Shown here: piece after piece, positions 26,239 through 39,054 of the stretch
Layout of the letters: each line of letters opens with the position of its first letter
Position numbering within the stretch: the first letter of the stretch is position 1
Assembly (NCBI GenBank): GCA_022813965.1
Contig: JALDZS010000169.1
Span: 1-50,881, forward strand
Reading direction: 5' to 3'
DNA length: 50,881 nt
Origin: Toensbergia leucococca
Taxonomy: Eukaryota
The notes under the pieces: generated by a model
The model's input: only the letters and a program-made list of their open reading frames with translations
Databases searched by the model: none
Told to the model about the DNA's origin: nothing
Program-made: the position numbers and the translations under genes

Positions 26239-27058
26239 TTGTGACACGAATCTGTGACGAGGGCGGGAAATAAAATGGTGAAAATGTAACCCTCTCGAGT
26301 CAATGGGCTCAATCCTACCCACCACCAAGCCCGACAAAATGAGATTCAACGACGGAGTTTCAGATGTAAGCTCTCAGCCTGAAGATCGTTCTGTCCTCGC
26401 AAAAAGTTTTCGAGTTACACATAAAGGTCCACGAATCGGCCCCACAGTGGCACTCATGGTGCGGGCAGCACCCGAGCCGCTGCAGGTAACATTGATGCCA
26501 CGGCTTGACTCACCCTCAAATTACCCTGCCTCAGGAGACCAATTGCCACATATCTTTAACCGACACGTGGCATGCATACATAACGTAAGGTACGAGGGGA
26601 CCTACATACCTACCTACCCTTAGCCCTACACCATTTGAAGGTCCTCGCCTAAGGTACGGAGTAAATATCGAGGGCAAGACAAGATCCAGGGGTCATCTTC
26701 AAGGCTGTGGGAAAGACGTAAATACCCTGTCTTAGCAGCGTCCGAATTCCAAGACAACATCATGTCAGCAGTACCGTGATTGATTACCCGTTCGACGCCA
26801 CTCACGCATTATATCATCCGCAGTCCAGTAGCCTACTTGTAGTACCTGGGCTCGCTGGGATGAACTTGTCCGTCCGAGGTTCCATATCACTAGCCTGCAT
26901 TAGGGTATCATCACGCCAGCCGGAGCATTTTCCGTAGAATACTTGGACGGCACTCTCGGCAGGACGGGACCTGCCGCTTGACTCTAAAGGTCCCTCGGTC
27001 CTCGGTCGAAAATCGACTGTGCAATATTGAGATCAAGATGTTGTGATCTTGAGTAATT

Positions 27059-28218
27059 ATGGGTCAGCAGTTTAGAAGTGTAGCATACCGAATATCACCC
27101 TTGCTTCTTCCGTTAGCTCTCGCAGTCGTTGTTGATGCTTCGATTGGTGACCGTCTACCAGACTTCCGGCATTGTGTTTCGGTATGTGAGAAACCTGCGT
27201 CCTGGAAACACGCTGACACGTTGCAGGTTTGCATCGACGAGAACTGCAAAAACGGGAACTCTCACGTCCGTAAGTCTACGACGGTTCCATCCGAGGACTC
27301 AGCCTCGCTGAATTTATCTCGCTTTAGCCCTCCACCTCCGCCTCTTGGCATGGACTTGCTCATCCAATTGTGATTATGTATGCCAGCTTATTATCACAGA
27401 CCGTCGAGTGTCCAGGGACCCTCCAATGCTGAATCCCATCGTCCAATACCATGGAAAGTGGCCTTTCCATCGCTTCCTTGGCATCCAAGAACCATTTGCT
27501 GTAATTTTCTCTCTTTTAAATTTTCTTGCCCATTACTATGGGCTTTCGAAGATCCGTGATAGCATACCGGCAGAATATCCCTTGCGGATATACTATACTG
27601 CTTTCGGCTACATTGGATTGTCATCTTGGGTCTTCAGCATAATTTTCCACTGTCGGGATTTCAATATTACAGAGAAATTGGACTACTTCGCTGCGGGGGC
27701 GAGTGTGCTTTACGGCTTGTATTATACGCCTATTCGGATATTTCGATTAGACCTACGGAAGCCTGCGGTTAAGCCAACGATACTCCGAATCTGGACAATC
27801 ACTTGCCTACTTCTATACGTTGCTCATGTCTCATATCTTACGTTGTGGCATTGGGATTACACATACAACATGGCTGCGAATGTAGCAGCAGGCGTGGTAC
27901 AAAACATCCTCTGGACCTGGTTCAGTGTAACGAGATATCGGGCGTTGAAGAAATCATGGGCGGCGTGGCCAGGGTTGATAGTAGCCTGGGTCATCATGGC
28001 AATGAGCTTGGAATTGATGGACTTCCCGCCTGTACGAGGTATGCTTGATGCACACAGTCTCTGGCACTTGGGAACTGTGGGACCGACGATCTGGTGGTAC
28101 AAGTGAGTCAAATAGCCCGATATCATTTTCTCTACGGCGCGAGACTAATTCCTTGCCTATCAGCTTCCTGATCAAGGATGCGCATCAGGATATCGCTGGA
28201 CAAAGGCTCAAGGCTTGA
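27059..28218 (+). CDS. PER1: Per1/PGAP3 GPI lipid-remodelling protein, 4 exons
   Basis: Signal peptide then ASIGDRLPDFRHCV; introns 27182-27226, 27270-27327, 28103-28163. Motifs WTCSSNCDYVCQ, QYHGKWPF, QEPFAVIFS, FHCRDFNITEKLDYF, DAHSLWH. Confidence 0.93.
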
Positions 28219-28357
28219 TTGTTGTGTGCGTAGTGGCTGTAGAGTAATGATATATGAAGCTTACTGACAATGATTTATTCATTTATGGAAAACAATGGTC
28301 ATCTTGACAGATTCTCACTATTGGCCAATCACTAAGCTAAAGTTCGCCAATGTACTG

Positions 28358-28505
28358 GGTAAGGTACTTACCTTACCTTACCTATTGCAATAAGGTAAGC
28401 TGCAAGGTACGAGAATACGTGATCGCGGGGTACACATGGCCGGAGCTCCCACTAACCGAATTGCCCATGGTGTGGAGGAGGGCCTTACCGTAAGGCACGG
28501 CACGT
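28358..28505. promoter_or_regulatory. GTAAGG/CCTTAC repeat-palindrome cluster upstream of PCM1
   Basis: GGTAAGGTACTTACCTTACCTTACCTATTGCAATAAGGTAAG plus GCCTTACCGTAAGGC (28482-28496), 80-230 bp upstream of the ATG. Regulatory function is inferred from position only. Confidence 0.45.
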
Positions 28506-28583
28506 TTTATCGTCCACAGCTTGCAGGCAAAGAACTGTTTCTTTCCTATCTTGATACTGATTTCAAATTTTAAGGTTCATGAT

Positions 28584-30557
28584 ATGGCCTCGACTGATGC
28601 GATTGCTTCAGCTTCGGCGGAATTCCCTAAAGCCGCCGACAGGAAGTTTCAATATGGGACTGCTGGGGTAAGAAATCCACACAGAGAAGTGTGTTCATAA
28701 TGAGCTTATTTGGTGCCTGGTGCATATCTAGTTTCGTATGAAGGCGTGCGTGCAATACTCAGCCCTGCTGGAGCTTGCTCTCAACAGCATGTGTTCGGTA
28801 GAGCGATAGCCTGGCTGACGTCTGTGCAAGAATAGCTCCTTATTGGATTCCGTTGTTTTCCGAGTTGGACTGCTGGCCGCCTTGCGCTCGAGAAAGCTGA
28901 ACGGGCAAGTCATCGGGGTGATGATCACTGCGAGCCATAACCCCCCAGAAGACAACGGCGTCAAGCTAGTGGATCCTATGGTGAGATCATTAAATCTGAA
29001 GGAAAGTAGTGAAGTCTTACGCAAAAGTATAGGGCGAAATGCTTGAGGTATGAAGTTCGAGAATGAGTTACTTCACAGGAAGACTACGTTGAGATTGATG
29101 ATAGAAATAGGGATCCTGGGAAACACATGCCACAGCACTGGCAAATGCACCCTCTGATCAAGCTGTTGTGGAGCTTTACGATAAGCTTGCCAATGACCTG
29201 AAGATCAAGCCTGAGGCCACAGCACGAGTAATATTTGCCCGCGATACTCGAGCGTCTGGTCCTCGGCTCGTGACGGCCTTAGTCGAAGCTCTTAAGGCAA
29301 CCAGAACTACTTACACAGATTATAAGATACTCACAACACCCCAATTACACTTTCTTACGCGTTCTTTGAATACAAAAGGGACGCAATATGAGTATGGAGA
29401 ACCGACTGAGCAAGGTTACTACGAGAAGCTTGGAGCCTCCTTTAAGGTAGCCATGAAAGGACGGAAGCCTAACGGCGCTGTTACTGTGGACTGTGCAAAC
29501 GGCGTGGGTGGGCCGAAATTACGAGAGCTCACCAAATTTTTACCAACACCTACCGATGGTGGCGTCGATATCATAATCGTCAATGATGATATCGTTAGAC
29601 CAGAGCGGTTAAACCATCAAGTGAGTTTCCGAGCTTGATCATCATGCAAGACTCGCTCCCATGAAGTCTACAACCTCAATTGGCTGAGATGACCTTCAGT
29701 GTGGTGCGGATTTTGTCAAAACGGGACAGCGAGCACCACCATCGTCACAAGCCGGTCCACTAGCGCGATGTGCGTCGTTAGACGGTGATGCTGATCGGAT
29801 AGTATATTACTTCATCGACTCTGATAATACTTTCCGACTACTAGACGGTGACCGGATTGCGACTCTTGCAGCCTTGTTCATCGGTGATCTTGCGAGGAGC
29901 GCAGGACTGGCGGAAAAGATCAAAGTTGGCGTCGTCCAGACCGCGTACGCCAACGGAGCAAGCACTGCCTATATAACCCAGGATCTTAAACTTCCTGTAG
30001 TCTGTACACCTACTGGTGTGAAGCATCTTCATCACGCCGCCACCAAATTTGATGTTGGTGTGTATTTTGAAGCCAACGGCCACGGGACGGTGATTTTCTC
30101 CGACCTGGCGCTTAAGAGGATTGCCAAATACGAGCCGCAATCGCCTGCTCAGAGCAGCGCACTTGAAACTTTGCGCGCATTAACAGCCTTGATCAACCAG
30201 ACTGTTGGCGACGCTCTTTCGGATCTTCTCCTTGTTGAAGTCATTCTTACTCATAAGGGCTGGGGCCTAAAGGAATGGGATGTGACGTATACCGATCTCC
30301 CAAATCGGCTTGTGCGTGTGGAAGTTGCCGATAGGAACATCTTCAAAGCTGTTGATGCCGAACGAAAGTTGGAGAGCCCACCAGGTGTGCAGGCACAGAT
30401 TGATGCCCTTGTAGGCAAATACAAGAATGGTAGAAGCTTCGTGCGGGCTAGTGGTACCGAGGAGGCAGTCAGAGTATATGCAGAGGCAGCAACAAGAGGG
30501 GAAGCGGATGACCTGGCAGCCAAAGTAGCTGGCATAGTAAAGCAGGCTGGCCCGTGA
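28584..30557 (+). CDS. PCM1: Phosphoacetylglucosamine mutase (Pcm1/Agm1), 6 exons
   Basis: [27 protein letters not shown] (catalytic Ser), [29 protein letters not shown]. Introns 28668-28731, 28746-28835, 28981-29032, 29048-29110, 29621-29699. Confidence 0.96.
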
Positions 30558-31356
30558 TGTTCGGTTAGGAAAATGGTATCTGCATATGGTCTACACGGGA
30601 TAAGGTACGAGCAGCAAAAGTTAAGAAATTTTACAATCGAGCAACTTCCGATGCCACAGATATTTTTCGAAAGACAATGATTGTTGCTCATCAATATTTT
30701 CTATCAATTGACACGGCATTCTAGAACTGGGGGCTAGGCTCATAATTCACAATCTAGCGCTCTCGGTCATACAATCCACAGCATCATCAAAGAATTTGTT
30801 GACGATACAAAAATCTTGAGGATAAAGAATTAGTATATTATCTGTTTACTGCGTAATTTGCGATATCATAGAGCTTCTTGTCTGAGGTTTCGCTGTATTT
30901 GGCAGAGTAAGCAAGTTTGTATGTGCCACGGTCAATGAGCGCGGCCCTCAGACTGCACTGAGAAAAGCGACTGGATCTGACTGTCGGTAGAACTCAGATC
31001 ATGCTGCCTCTCATGATGATTGAAGTCTGAAAGCCAAAGTGACCGAGGGAAGAAATTCTCGAGCATCCCTGCATCTGACTTGACGCTGTGTCTGACACCC
31101 CTATTTCCTCCAACATTTGACTCTTACGGATTAGAAAGACGACTGTCTCCAACGTCATTCTCCCAGGTCTTGAAGGCGTCGGCTTTATCGGCAGTACATA
31201 GCGATCCCATCCTAAAAGCACGGTACTAAGTGCTTGAAGCGCTGTGAATAGCAGGACTAGACTAAATCATCGAGTGCCAGGTACCTACTTTGCCAGTCTG
31301 TAAGAAAACAATCTTTCTGTATATGATCTCATCTGATCTAAACTACTGCAAGAAAC

Positions 31357-32905
31357 CTATCCGTCCTCCCTGGCCATCTCGTCTCTACCCCTTTTCCTGC
31401 CTTTTAACGCCCCTGGTTTCCTCCCCCTTAGAGTTGCTCCTTTCGTTCCTCTTTTTTCATGCAAGCCTTTCATCTCCCTTACCGCCGCCCTTTGCGCTTC
31501 ACTTACTCTCTCCCCTAAAATCATAATCTCCTCTTTCTCTGTCGTATATTCTTTCAATTGCTTCCCCAATGCGGCCTCAATCCTCTGCCAGATCTCCACG
31601 TCGTACTGAGTGACAAAAGAAAGTGCCCGCCCTGATTTTCCCGCCCTGGCTGTACGCCCAACACGGTGGATGTACGTACTGCTATCAGGGGGAAGATCGA
31701 AGTTGAGAACTATATCGACGGAGGGGACATCTAGTCCACGGGCTGCAACGTCGGTGGCAACGAGAATGTCTCTGCTGCCGGCACGAAATTTGCCTAGTGC
31801 GCCTAGGCGAGCTGATTGGGACAATTGACCATGAAGAGGTATTGCCCCAAATCCTAGAGAGCGTAGAAGAATGGCCAAACGTTGCGTCTCGTTCACTGTC
31901 CGGGTGAAGATTATTACAGACTGGCCAGCGAACTCATTAAGGAGGTAGACCAAGTACAGATCTTTGTCTTTGTGTGGGAAAAACAAGTAAGATTGCAGAA
32001 GCGTTGATACAGTTTGGTATTTATTAGCAGAGACTGAAACACGGACAGGATTAGACAGTGATGCACGCTGAAGAGATTCGACTTTGGAGGTCATAGTGGC
32101 GGAGAACAGCGACGTATGCCGCTCACGAGGGAGAACCTTGAGGATTTTGTCGAGAACATCGCCAAAATCTAGGTTAAGTATTCTGTCTGCTTCATCCAGC
32201 ACAAGGTACTTGAGACCTCGCAGAGAGAAGCCCTTTGTGTTTTCTAAGTGATCGAGCAATCGGCCAGCTGGCATCGGCGTTGTTAGATTAGCTCTCGCGA
32301 CGAACCCGGATTGTTAGCTTACGTGTAGCTACAACGATATGAGGTTTCTTGCCCAGAGCAATAGCTTGAGGCACCATTTCCATTCCTCCGACTATGACAG
32401 CGCAACGTACTAAAATTTGCGAGCCCAGTGCCTCAAAAGCCTCGGAGATTTGGTAAGCCAGCTCCCTAGTAGGGGCCATCACAAGGCCGAAGAGAGGTTG
32501 CGGCTTGTCCATCAAGGCTACTCGGTATCAGTACGTTGTAGCCGGGTCATTGTGGAGGCGTAGAATACCTTGCAGGATCGGTAAAGCAAAAGCAGCGGTC
32601 TTACCACTACCTGTCTCAGCTAGGCCTATGATATCTCGTCCTGCAAGAGCAAGAGGTATAGCTTCGTTCTGTATTGGTGTAGGAGCTTTGTATCCAAGAG
32701 CAGTACAGGCCTCGCACAGTGAGTCGATGATTCCAAGGTCTTGGAAAGAATTCGGCACTGACATTACTGCATCAGTGGGAGGTTCTTGAGGAACGGTCTG
32801 CTCTGGCCTCGTTGTGCTCATGGTTGACGATGATGATGTATCTTCCATTTTTGCTAAACGAGGCCGATGAGGGTCATCGAGTTTTTTCCTCTTCATTGCG
32901 GACAT
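31357..32905 (-). CDS. RRP3: DEAD-box RNA helicase Rrp3/DDX47, 3 exons
   Basis: Q motif [23 protein letters not shown] (formed across intron 32322-32268), [21 protein letters not shown]. Other intron 32568-32518. Confidence 0.95.
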
Positions 32906-33145
32906 GATGTGAGTTTGGGAAAGACGGTTTGAACATTGACAGGTAAATGTGCATTTTCTGGAAAAAGTTCACGATTGGACCTCGGCACGCTCGGACAAAG
33001 TCGCTTCACTTCCGCTCCCACTTCCGCTTTTCACCCCTGTTCCGATTGGCTGCAAGTTGAAGAACATAATTTCGAAGTCTCAAATAGCGGCCAACACCAC
33101 ACTCCGAGTGACTACAGCTTTAATTTGAATCGAGCGAACTTCAAC

Positions 33146-34546
33146 ATGGGAAGACGGCGATCGAAGAAACGTACGCACGTCGGCGCTCATAATGGATCTT
33201 CCAACGCCGTCCCAGCCAATACCTCGGCCAGCAGAGCTCCTAAAACCATGGTCATCCGAATTGGAGCAGGAGAGATTGGACCCAGTGTCAGTCAATTAGT
33301 CAAGGATGTGAGAAGTATTATGGAGCCAGGCACGGCCAGCAGACTGAAGGTGGCTACCTAATTCACACCTCTCCGTTTATGTTCACTTATCGACCATTTC
33401 CACAAACAGGAACGACGATCCAACAGATTACGAGACTACACTGCAATGGCAGGACCGCTTGGGGTCTCTCACCTCCTGCTATTCTCCCGCTCAAACACTG
33501 GTACCACAAATCTTCGACTTGCACTTACACCTAGGGGGCCCACACTCCATTTTCGCATTGACCAATATTCCCTTTGCAAAGATATTCGAAAAGCCATGAG
33601 GCACCCGAAGGGCGGTGGAAAAGAGTATCTTACTGCGCCTCTTCTCGTGATGAATAACTTCACCTCTCCACCACCATTGGATGGCTCAACATCTGCTGTT
33701 CCAAGACATCTCGAATCCTTAGCGACAACTATCTTCCAGTCTCTGTTCCCGCCCATATCTCCACAAACAACGCCCTTATCCTCAATTCGCCGTGTGCTTC
33801 TCCTTAATCGTGAGCTGCCGAAATCTGCTGCCTCTTCTTTACCGCCAATCGAGGATGGATCCTATACCATTAACCTCCGTCACTATGCTATCACAACCAA
33901 GCGGACCGGCTTATCCCGAAGTATACGCCGACTCAATGCAGCGGATGTACTGACGGATTCAAAAGCCAAGAGAGGGCTACCAAATCTGGGGAAGTTGGAC
34001 GATGTTGCCGATTATCTACTTGATCCTTCAGGCGCAGGCACAGGTTTCACCTCGGGTAGCGAGAGTGAGGTAGAGACTGATGCTGAAGTTGAAGTGATGG
34101 AGACGAATGCAAGGAAAGTTATGAGCCGAAAGCAATTGGAAGCTTCACGAAATGGTGATGTGAAAATGCCACCAAGGGAACGGCCAAGAGTGGAGAGACG
34201 GGCGGTCAAGCTTGTGGAGCTTGGACCAAGAATAAAGATGCGTATGACCAAGGTTGAGGAGGGCGTTTGCGATGGAAAGGTCATGTGGCATGAGTTTCTG
34301 AGTAAGAGCAACGAAGAAGTAAGAGCAATGGAAGAGATATGGGAGGGAAGAAGAACAGAAAAGGAACTTAGAAGAAATGTTCAGAAAGAAAATGTGGAAA
34401 GAAAGAGGAGCGAGAAGAGGGTGCAAGGACGCCCAGAAGACGAGGAGGAAATCGACGGTGTTGAAGATGATTGGGACGATGAGGGGCTACAAGGAGACGA
34501 AGATCAGCTCGATGGAGTGGGAGGTACCGAGGTATTCATGGGATAA
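33146..34546 (+). CDS. SSF1: Brix-domain ribosome biogenesis protein Ssf1/PPAN, 2 exons
   Basis: MGRRRSKKRTH, PKTMVIRIG, MEPGTASRLK|ERRSNRLRDY (intron 33350-33409), PRGPTLHF, AVKLVELGPR, acidic tail. Confidence 0.94.
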
Positions 34547-35306
34547 CTGGGAAGACATTATGGTGAGTGAATACTGTTCGGGCTTGCCCTCGTTTACCAT
34601 TCCGCCCGAATTGAAGCTCTCCCCTCGCCCATTACGCTTGGATCATGAAGATTGATGAGAGAGACACCTTGCATTTGATATATCCGCTATCAACTGCGCC
34701 AGAATCTGTATAGTCAAAATACCTCTTGAAGTTTGCCGGCAAAACTGTATGGGGGCAGCATTTGAAGCAGCCTTGATTTGGTGTGGAATCCTCTTCTCTC
34801 TGTGTGTTGCAGCAAAGAACTGAACGTCTATGGGGTGGCAGAGGTTGTGGGCAATTCCATACGGGTGGCGAAAGTTCCTCATGTTGCTTGTAATCAGAAG
34901 TACAGCATCGCTTCATTTGGCGTGTTTATTTCAAGATGTCTTAGTATAATACGGCGGCATTCTGCTTGCCTTTACGACAATCAACTCTTTGCTCACAGAG
35001 TTGTCTTCTCATTATGCAAAGACAAAATCTTGCTGGATCCCTACATACGATAAGTGCAAGGGGTGTTGGGCAAGGATACATGGCTTGCACTTTCCTGCCT
35101 TCATATCTGGCAGCAACTCGCCCTTGTTGGAACGTATACGCTTTCTGTTAGTACTGTCTACTGCTTCGTATCTTCATTGAAATTGACTGGCATCATTCTA
35201 TGTATAGAATACATTGACTGAAACAGCATAGCTACAAATGGTCATACAAATACACGTGTTGTAATCGCCTCCTTAGATTGCCTGTATGTATATAGGCACT
35301 AACAGC

Positions 35307-38300
35307 ATGCCCTCTCGTGGTCCAAATGATGCTCTTGCTCTGCCTCGACGAGCCAAGTCATCATCTTCATTCAAAAGAAGTCAATATGTGTCCGAATCCA
35401 ATACGCTGAACCCCGACGCCGCGAATCCCTATGCCCTCACCGCAGCATTCCGTGCCTTCGAGCGCACTGCCGAGCATACGACGCCCCCGAAGGACAGTGA
35501 CAAGTCTGATATTGAGCGACAAACCATAGCCACCACAGAAATAGGACATGGAGAACCGGTGGAAACACCATCAAGTGTCCGCTTTACAGGACCAGCAGCA
35601 GTACCAATTCGACATCATTCTATTACTAGACGAGAAGCAGGTCGCCATGAGACATCTACTCGGTCTCAAGGCTTTCGGCTCCAGCGGAATGGGTCTACCA
35701 TTGACTGCTCAGAAAGGGTTGTGACCGCGTTACCCCGGCTGAGCGAGCACTCCATCGAAGATCATGATTCTCCAACACACTCTCCGTATCATAAGATTCG
35801 AAAGGCGAAATCGATGTTCGCTGCGCGAAAAGTCCCGTCTCTGTTCTTCACTGACAGTAAACTACCGAACCAATTTGATGTTCAGTCCCGGTCAACCCAG
35901 CCCTTTGTTGGCAGCAATCAGCAAACACCACTACACAATTTTCAGGTAAAAAGGTCGGTCTCGCTCCTGCGTGGAAAGTCCGATTATTTGCCGTCCTCTG
36001 CTCGCCAATACGCCAGCCAAGACGCCGCTGTGCAGATTGCTCGCGACCAGTATCTTCGTCAATTGGAGCAACAGAGACTTAGGGAACAACCATCAATCCT
36101 TACTTTGGGCAAGCGTCGAAAGTCACAGAAAGCATTCCGTAGGACTGTCCGCACAAGTAGTACGAATAGTTACGGCAATGCAGTTGCCTCCCCGGATCAA
36201 CCACCTATCGAACCTGAAAGAAGCAAAGGATTCGGATCCAAAGCCAGAAGCCTTTCGTTATCACTCAAAAACAAGCTGAAGCGAGTGTTCCACCGAAATC
36301 CAGATGCGGAGCCAGTGTTACCAACGCAACACGTTGATGCCAGTAGGCCTCATTTCCGGGATTACACGTCAAAAAGTTCAAGTGTAGATCAGGAGTATCG
36401 ATTCATTCCGTCTCCTGATGGAGAAATCATTCGTCGAGTGAATTCTCGCGGTGCGGCTTTGGGCAATGCACCTTTTTTTCACCATAACGGGAGCCGTGCA
36501 GACAGCATTGGCAGCGCTCGCAGCGTCGACGGTGTCAGCATTGGGAAATCAAGAGTTACTAGCTGGACAAACTCAAGCGCAGCAACTACGTTGACCACGC
36601 ATCAATTGATGGAAAAGAAGCGCCTTTCCATTATCCAGGAGACAGGTGGACCACATGAGTCAGGAAAGTCTTGCCAACATGGGCCTTTGACTGATTGCTA
36701 CGCTGTATTTCAGAGTCCAATTCGACATAGTAGTGCAGGTGGCCGTATCACTGGCCCGGTCGATAGCCAACGAGTGTTCTCGGCGCTGCAAAAAAGAATT
36801 GATGAGAACAATCGTCTCGCTAGCCAGGAAGAGCCCGAGTCAGACACAGACACAGTGAATGATCATTCAACCCCTTATGTGTCCGATGTCACTTATATAA
36901 GTTCTCAAAGGGTTGCTACCACTGGTGTTAACACGCCCAATACTGCCGAGGAAGCCCTTTTGGATGTTCGCGGCTTCAAATCCTCAGAGCCTGTTATCTT
37001 TGAGTCATCAAAGAGTGATCGTTCTACTGATGTCTTCAAGCTATCAACAGGAAAGGATGAGTCTTTGGAGGCTCACGAAAGCGTCTTGAAATTGCGTCTG
37101 GGTCTCACTCCCCAGCAAATTGCTGAACGGAACGAGTACGATAGTTCACGTACAAATCGATCTCTTCGCGACATGAGATCGGTGATCTTCCCACAGTCTG
37201 TCCATATTGAGTGTAGCAAGATTAGCCCATACCAACGTGCCTTACATTCCAATGCTGAAGACGAATTGGTAATGGAAGAAGCCACACATACTATCAAGAG
37301 GTCAAAAATCCTTGGTGTTTTACAACCTCGAAGTGTCACTGGCTCCGACAGCATTTATTCGAGAACTACAAGCGGCAACACCCCTATGCCGAGCGAAAGT
37401 TCGTTGTCTCTTACAAGATCAGAGAGTAACACTGACACCGGCACTTCTTACATCACTGCGAGCCGATCTGCTCGATATGAGTACTCAACTGTACCATACC
37501 TTCAGCCCAATGATACCTTTATCGACTCAGGCAAGGACTGGAAGAATCGATTAACCTCCCGTCTACCTGGCTTGGAAAATGCGGCCGCTCAGAATACCAA
37601 GCTCCGTGATGATGAAATAGTGAACGATATTGGTCATAGAAGGGAAAACGCACAAATTGATGAAGACGATGTGCGTATCGGTGGCCGTCAGTACATGAAT
37701 CTGATGCCGATGCAACCTCTTACATCTATCCTCAGCAATGTCATGTCTCAATCTGTACCGAAGACATCGAGCACGGCGGCTGCAAGACATCCTCTTCTGG
37801 AAATTGTACCGCCTCAGAACCTGAATACTGTGGAAGACCACACAAAGGTAGTAATTAATCGATGTCCGGCGCATATAAACAAGTCTTCTTGTTCAGAGAG
37901 CGAAAGGCATTTATTCAATCGACTGGATAGGACTTCTAGTAGCATACATTCCAAGACTTCACAAACATCTCTTGTATCACAGAGCACAGTTTCAGGGTTG
38001 AAAGAAGACCTGCCGTTCGTTGCTCTTGCGAAGACATCACAACTGAAACAGACACTTGGAACGACAGGTAGCTGTGCTAACGCCCAATCGGAGCCTCCTG
38101 CTAAGACCGTCAGTCGCTACAGTCCTGAGCGAACAGCTCGTCTTCGGCGAATGCAGAGCAGTAATGCTATTGGACAACGGGACACTGTATGTGGTCGATT
38201 TGGCTTAGCTCAGCGTCATCATCAACAGGAAAACCAAATTATCAACAACGTCGGAATCGCTGATCCTGTCAACGAAGATCACTTCTCGGACGGTACGGGT

Positions 38301-38429
38301 TTGCTTGAGCCAACCACCATAGATGATCAAGGTACAAGGAGTCAGAACGTGGTCGAACGCTTCTTGAACAGCCACAGGAATGACATGCGGATTAGTGAGG
38401 AGATTGGGAGTGATTCTGCTTTCTTATGA
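35307..38429 (+). CDS. Large Ser-rich, largely disordered hypothetical protein (~1040 aa)
   Basis: 3.1-kb uninterrupted ORF with short ordered-looking islands (AVQIARDQYLRQLEQQRL, SRVTSWTNS, VDSQRVFSALQKRIDE, VVERFLNSHR). No domain recognised. A CTAACAG acceptor-like signal lies just before the ATG. Confidence 0.8.
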   Translation: MPSRGPNDALALPRRAKSSSSFKRSQYVSESNTLNPDAANPYALTAAFRAFERTAEHTTPPKDSDKSDIERQTIATTEIGHGEPVETPSSVRFTGPAAVPIRHHSITRREAGRHETSTRSQGFRLQRNGSTIDCSERVVTALPRLSEHSIEDHDSPTHSPYHKIRKAKSMFAARKVPSLFFTDSKLPNQFDVQSRSTQPFVGSNQQTPLHNFQVKRSVSLLRGKSDYLPSSARQYASQDAAVQIARDQYLRQLEQQRLREQPSILTLGKRRKSQKAFRRTVRTSSTNSYGNAVASPDQPPIEPERSKGFGSKARSLSLSLKNKLKRVFHRNPDAEPVLPTQHVDASRPHFRDYTSKSSSVDQEYRFIPSPDGEIIRRVNSRGAALGNAPFFHHNGSRADSIGSARSVDGVSIGKSRVTSWTNSSAATTLTTHQLMEKKRLSIIQETGGPHESGKSCQHGPLTDCYAVFQSPIRHSSAGGRITGPVDSQRVFSALQKRIDENNRLASQEEPESDTDTVNDHSTPYVSDVTYISSQRVATTGVNTPNTAEEALLDVRGFKSSEPVIFESSKSDRSTDVFKLSTGKDESLEAHESVLKLRLGLTPQQIAERNEYDSSRTNRSLRDMRSVIFPQSVHIECSKISPYQRALHSNAEDELVMEEATHTIKRSKILGVLQPRSVTGSDSIYSRTTSGNTPMPSESSLSLTRSESNTDTGTSYITASRSARYEYSTVPYLQPNDTFIDSGKDWKNRLTSRLPGLENAAAQNTKLRDDEIVNDIGHRRENAQIDEDDVRIGGRQYMNLMPMQPLTSILSNVMSQSVPKTSSTAAARHPLLEIVPPQNLNTVEDHTKVVINRCPAHINKSSCSESERHLFNRLDRTSSSIHSKTSQTSLVSQSTVSGLKEDLPFVALAKTSQLKQTLGTTGSCANAQSEPPAKTVSRYSPERTARLRRMQSSNAIGQRDTVCGRFGLAQRHHQQENQIINNVGIADPVNEDHFSDGTGLLEPTTIDDQGTRSQNVVERFLNSHRNDMRISEEIGSDSAFL

Positions 38430-38889
38430 TTGAGGATGAACTGAACTCGGAGTCAACCTTGGTTTGTCATTTACTTTGTGTCGTGAGGAGCTCTTGTCTT
38501 GCGCCTCTACATATTGTCCGACTTTTTTTGACTTCTGCTTCGTACATTCTGGGCTGAGAAACCTTCGGCCATTGCCACTTGTGTATACACACTGAAAAAG
38601 ACTTCAGTTTCCTAAGGTATTGCTTGAGCTTGATTTCACAGAGGGTAGAAACGGGTGCTTTTGGTATCATTATGGAAATAATTGGGCGATAGAGGGTATG
38701 AGTGCTGCTAAAAGAAAAGTAGGTCATCGAAGTGAAGTGACCTGTAATGGAGACAGCATTCAACCACACCGTTCACCCTCTATTCCAGGATAACGAACCG
38801 TAGTTATCATACAATAAAGCAATGAAAGGACGCGTACATCGTTGACAATTGACACTGCCCAGAAATTGTTTACATGTCACTCTAGGTCT

Positions 38890-38945
38890 TTACGGTACAA
38901 GTACTCCGTAAGGTACCCGTACCGGGTAAGGTATACCTTACTACG
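38890..38945. promoter_or_regulatory. GTAC/TACTCCGTA/GTAAGGTA cluster with a perfect 16-bp palindrome upstream of EMC1
   Basis: GTAAGGTATACCTTAC (38926-38941) is self-complementary; TACTCCGTA at 38902. About 110 bp upstream of the ATG. Confidence 0.45.
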
Positions 38946-39054
38946 TGATGTAAGATACCATAGTCGAATCAGATAGAATACCTTATTACAATTGCTTCAT
39001 ATTACCTTATAAAGAAGCTGACCATCTCGACCAGAAGAGCAATAGAGAGAAATC

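Noticed and set aside
28364..28384. TACTTACCT resembling the U1 snRNA 5' end
   Set aside because: Not followed by U1 stem-loops or an Sm site; part of the local CCTTA repeat cluster.
30950..31010. CTGAGA...GATC stretch reminiscent of a TPP riboswitch
   Set aside because: Lacks the remaining conserved aptamer elements and is not associated with a thiamine gene or an intron.
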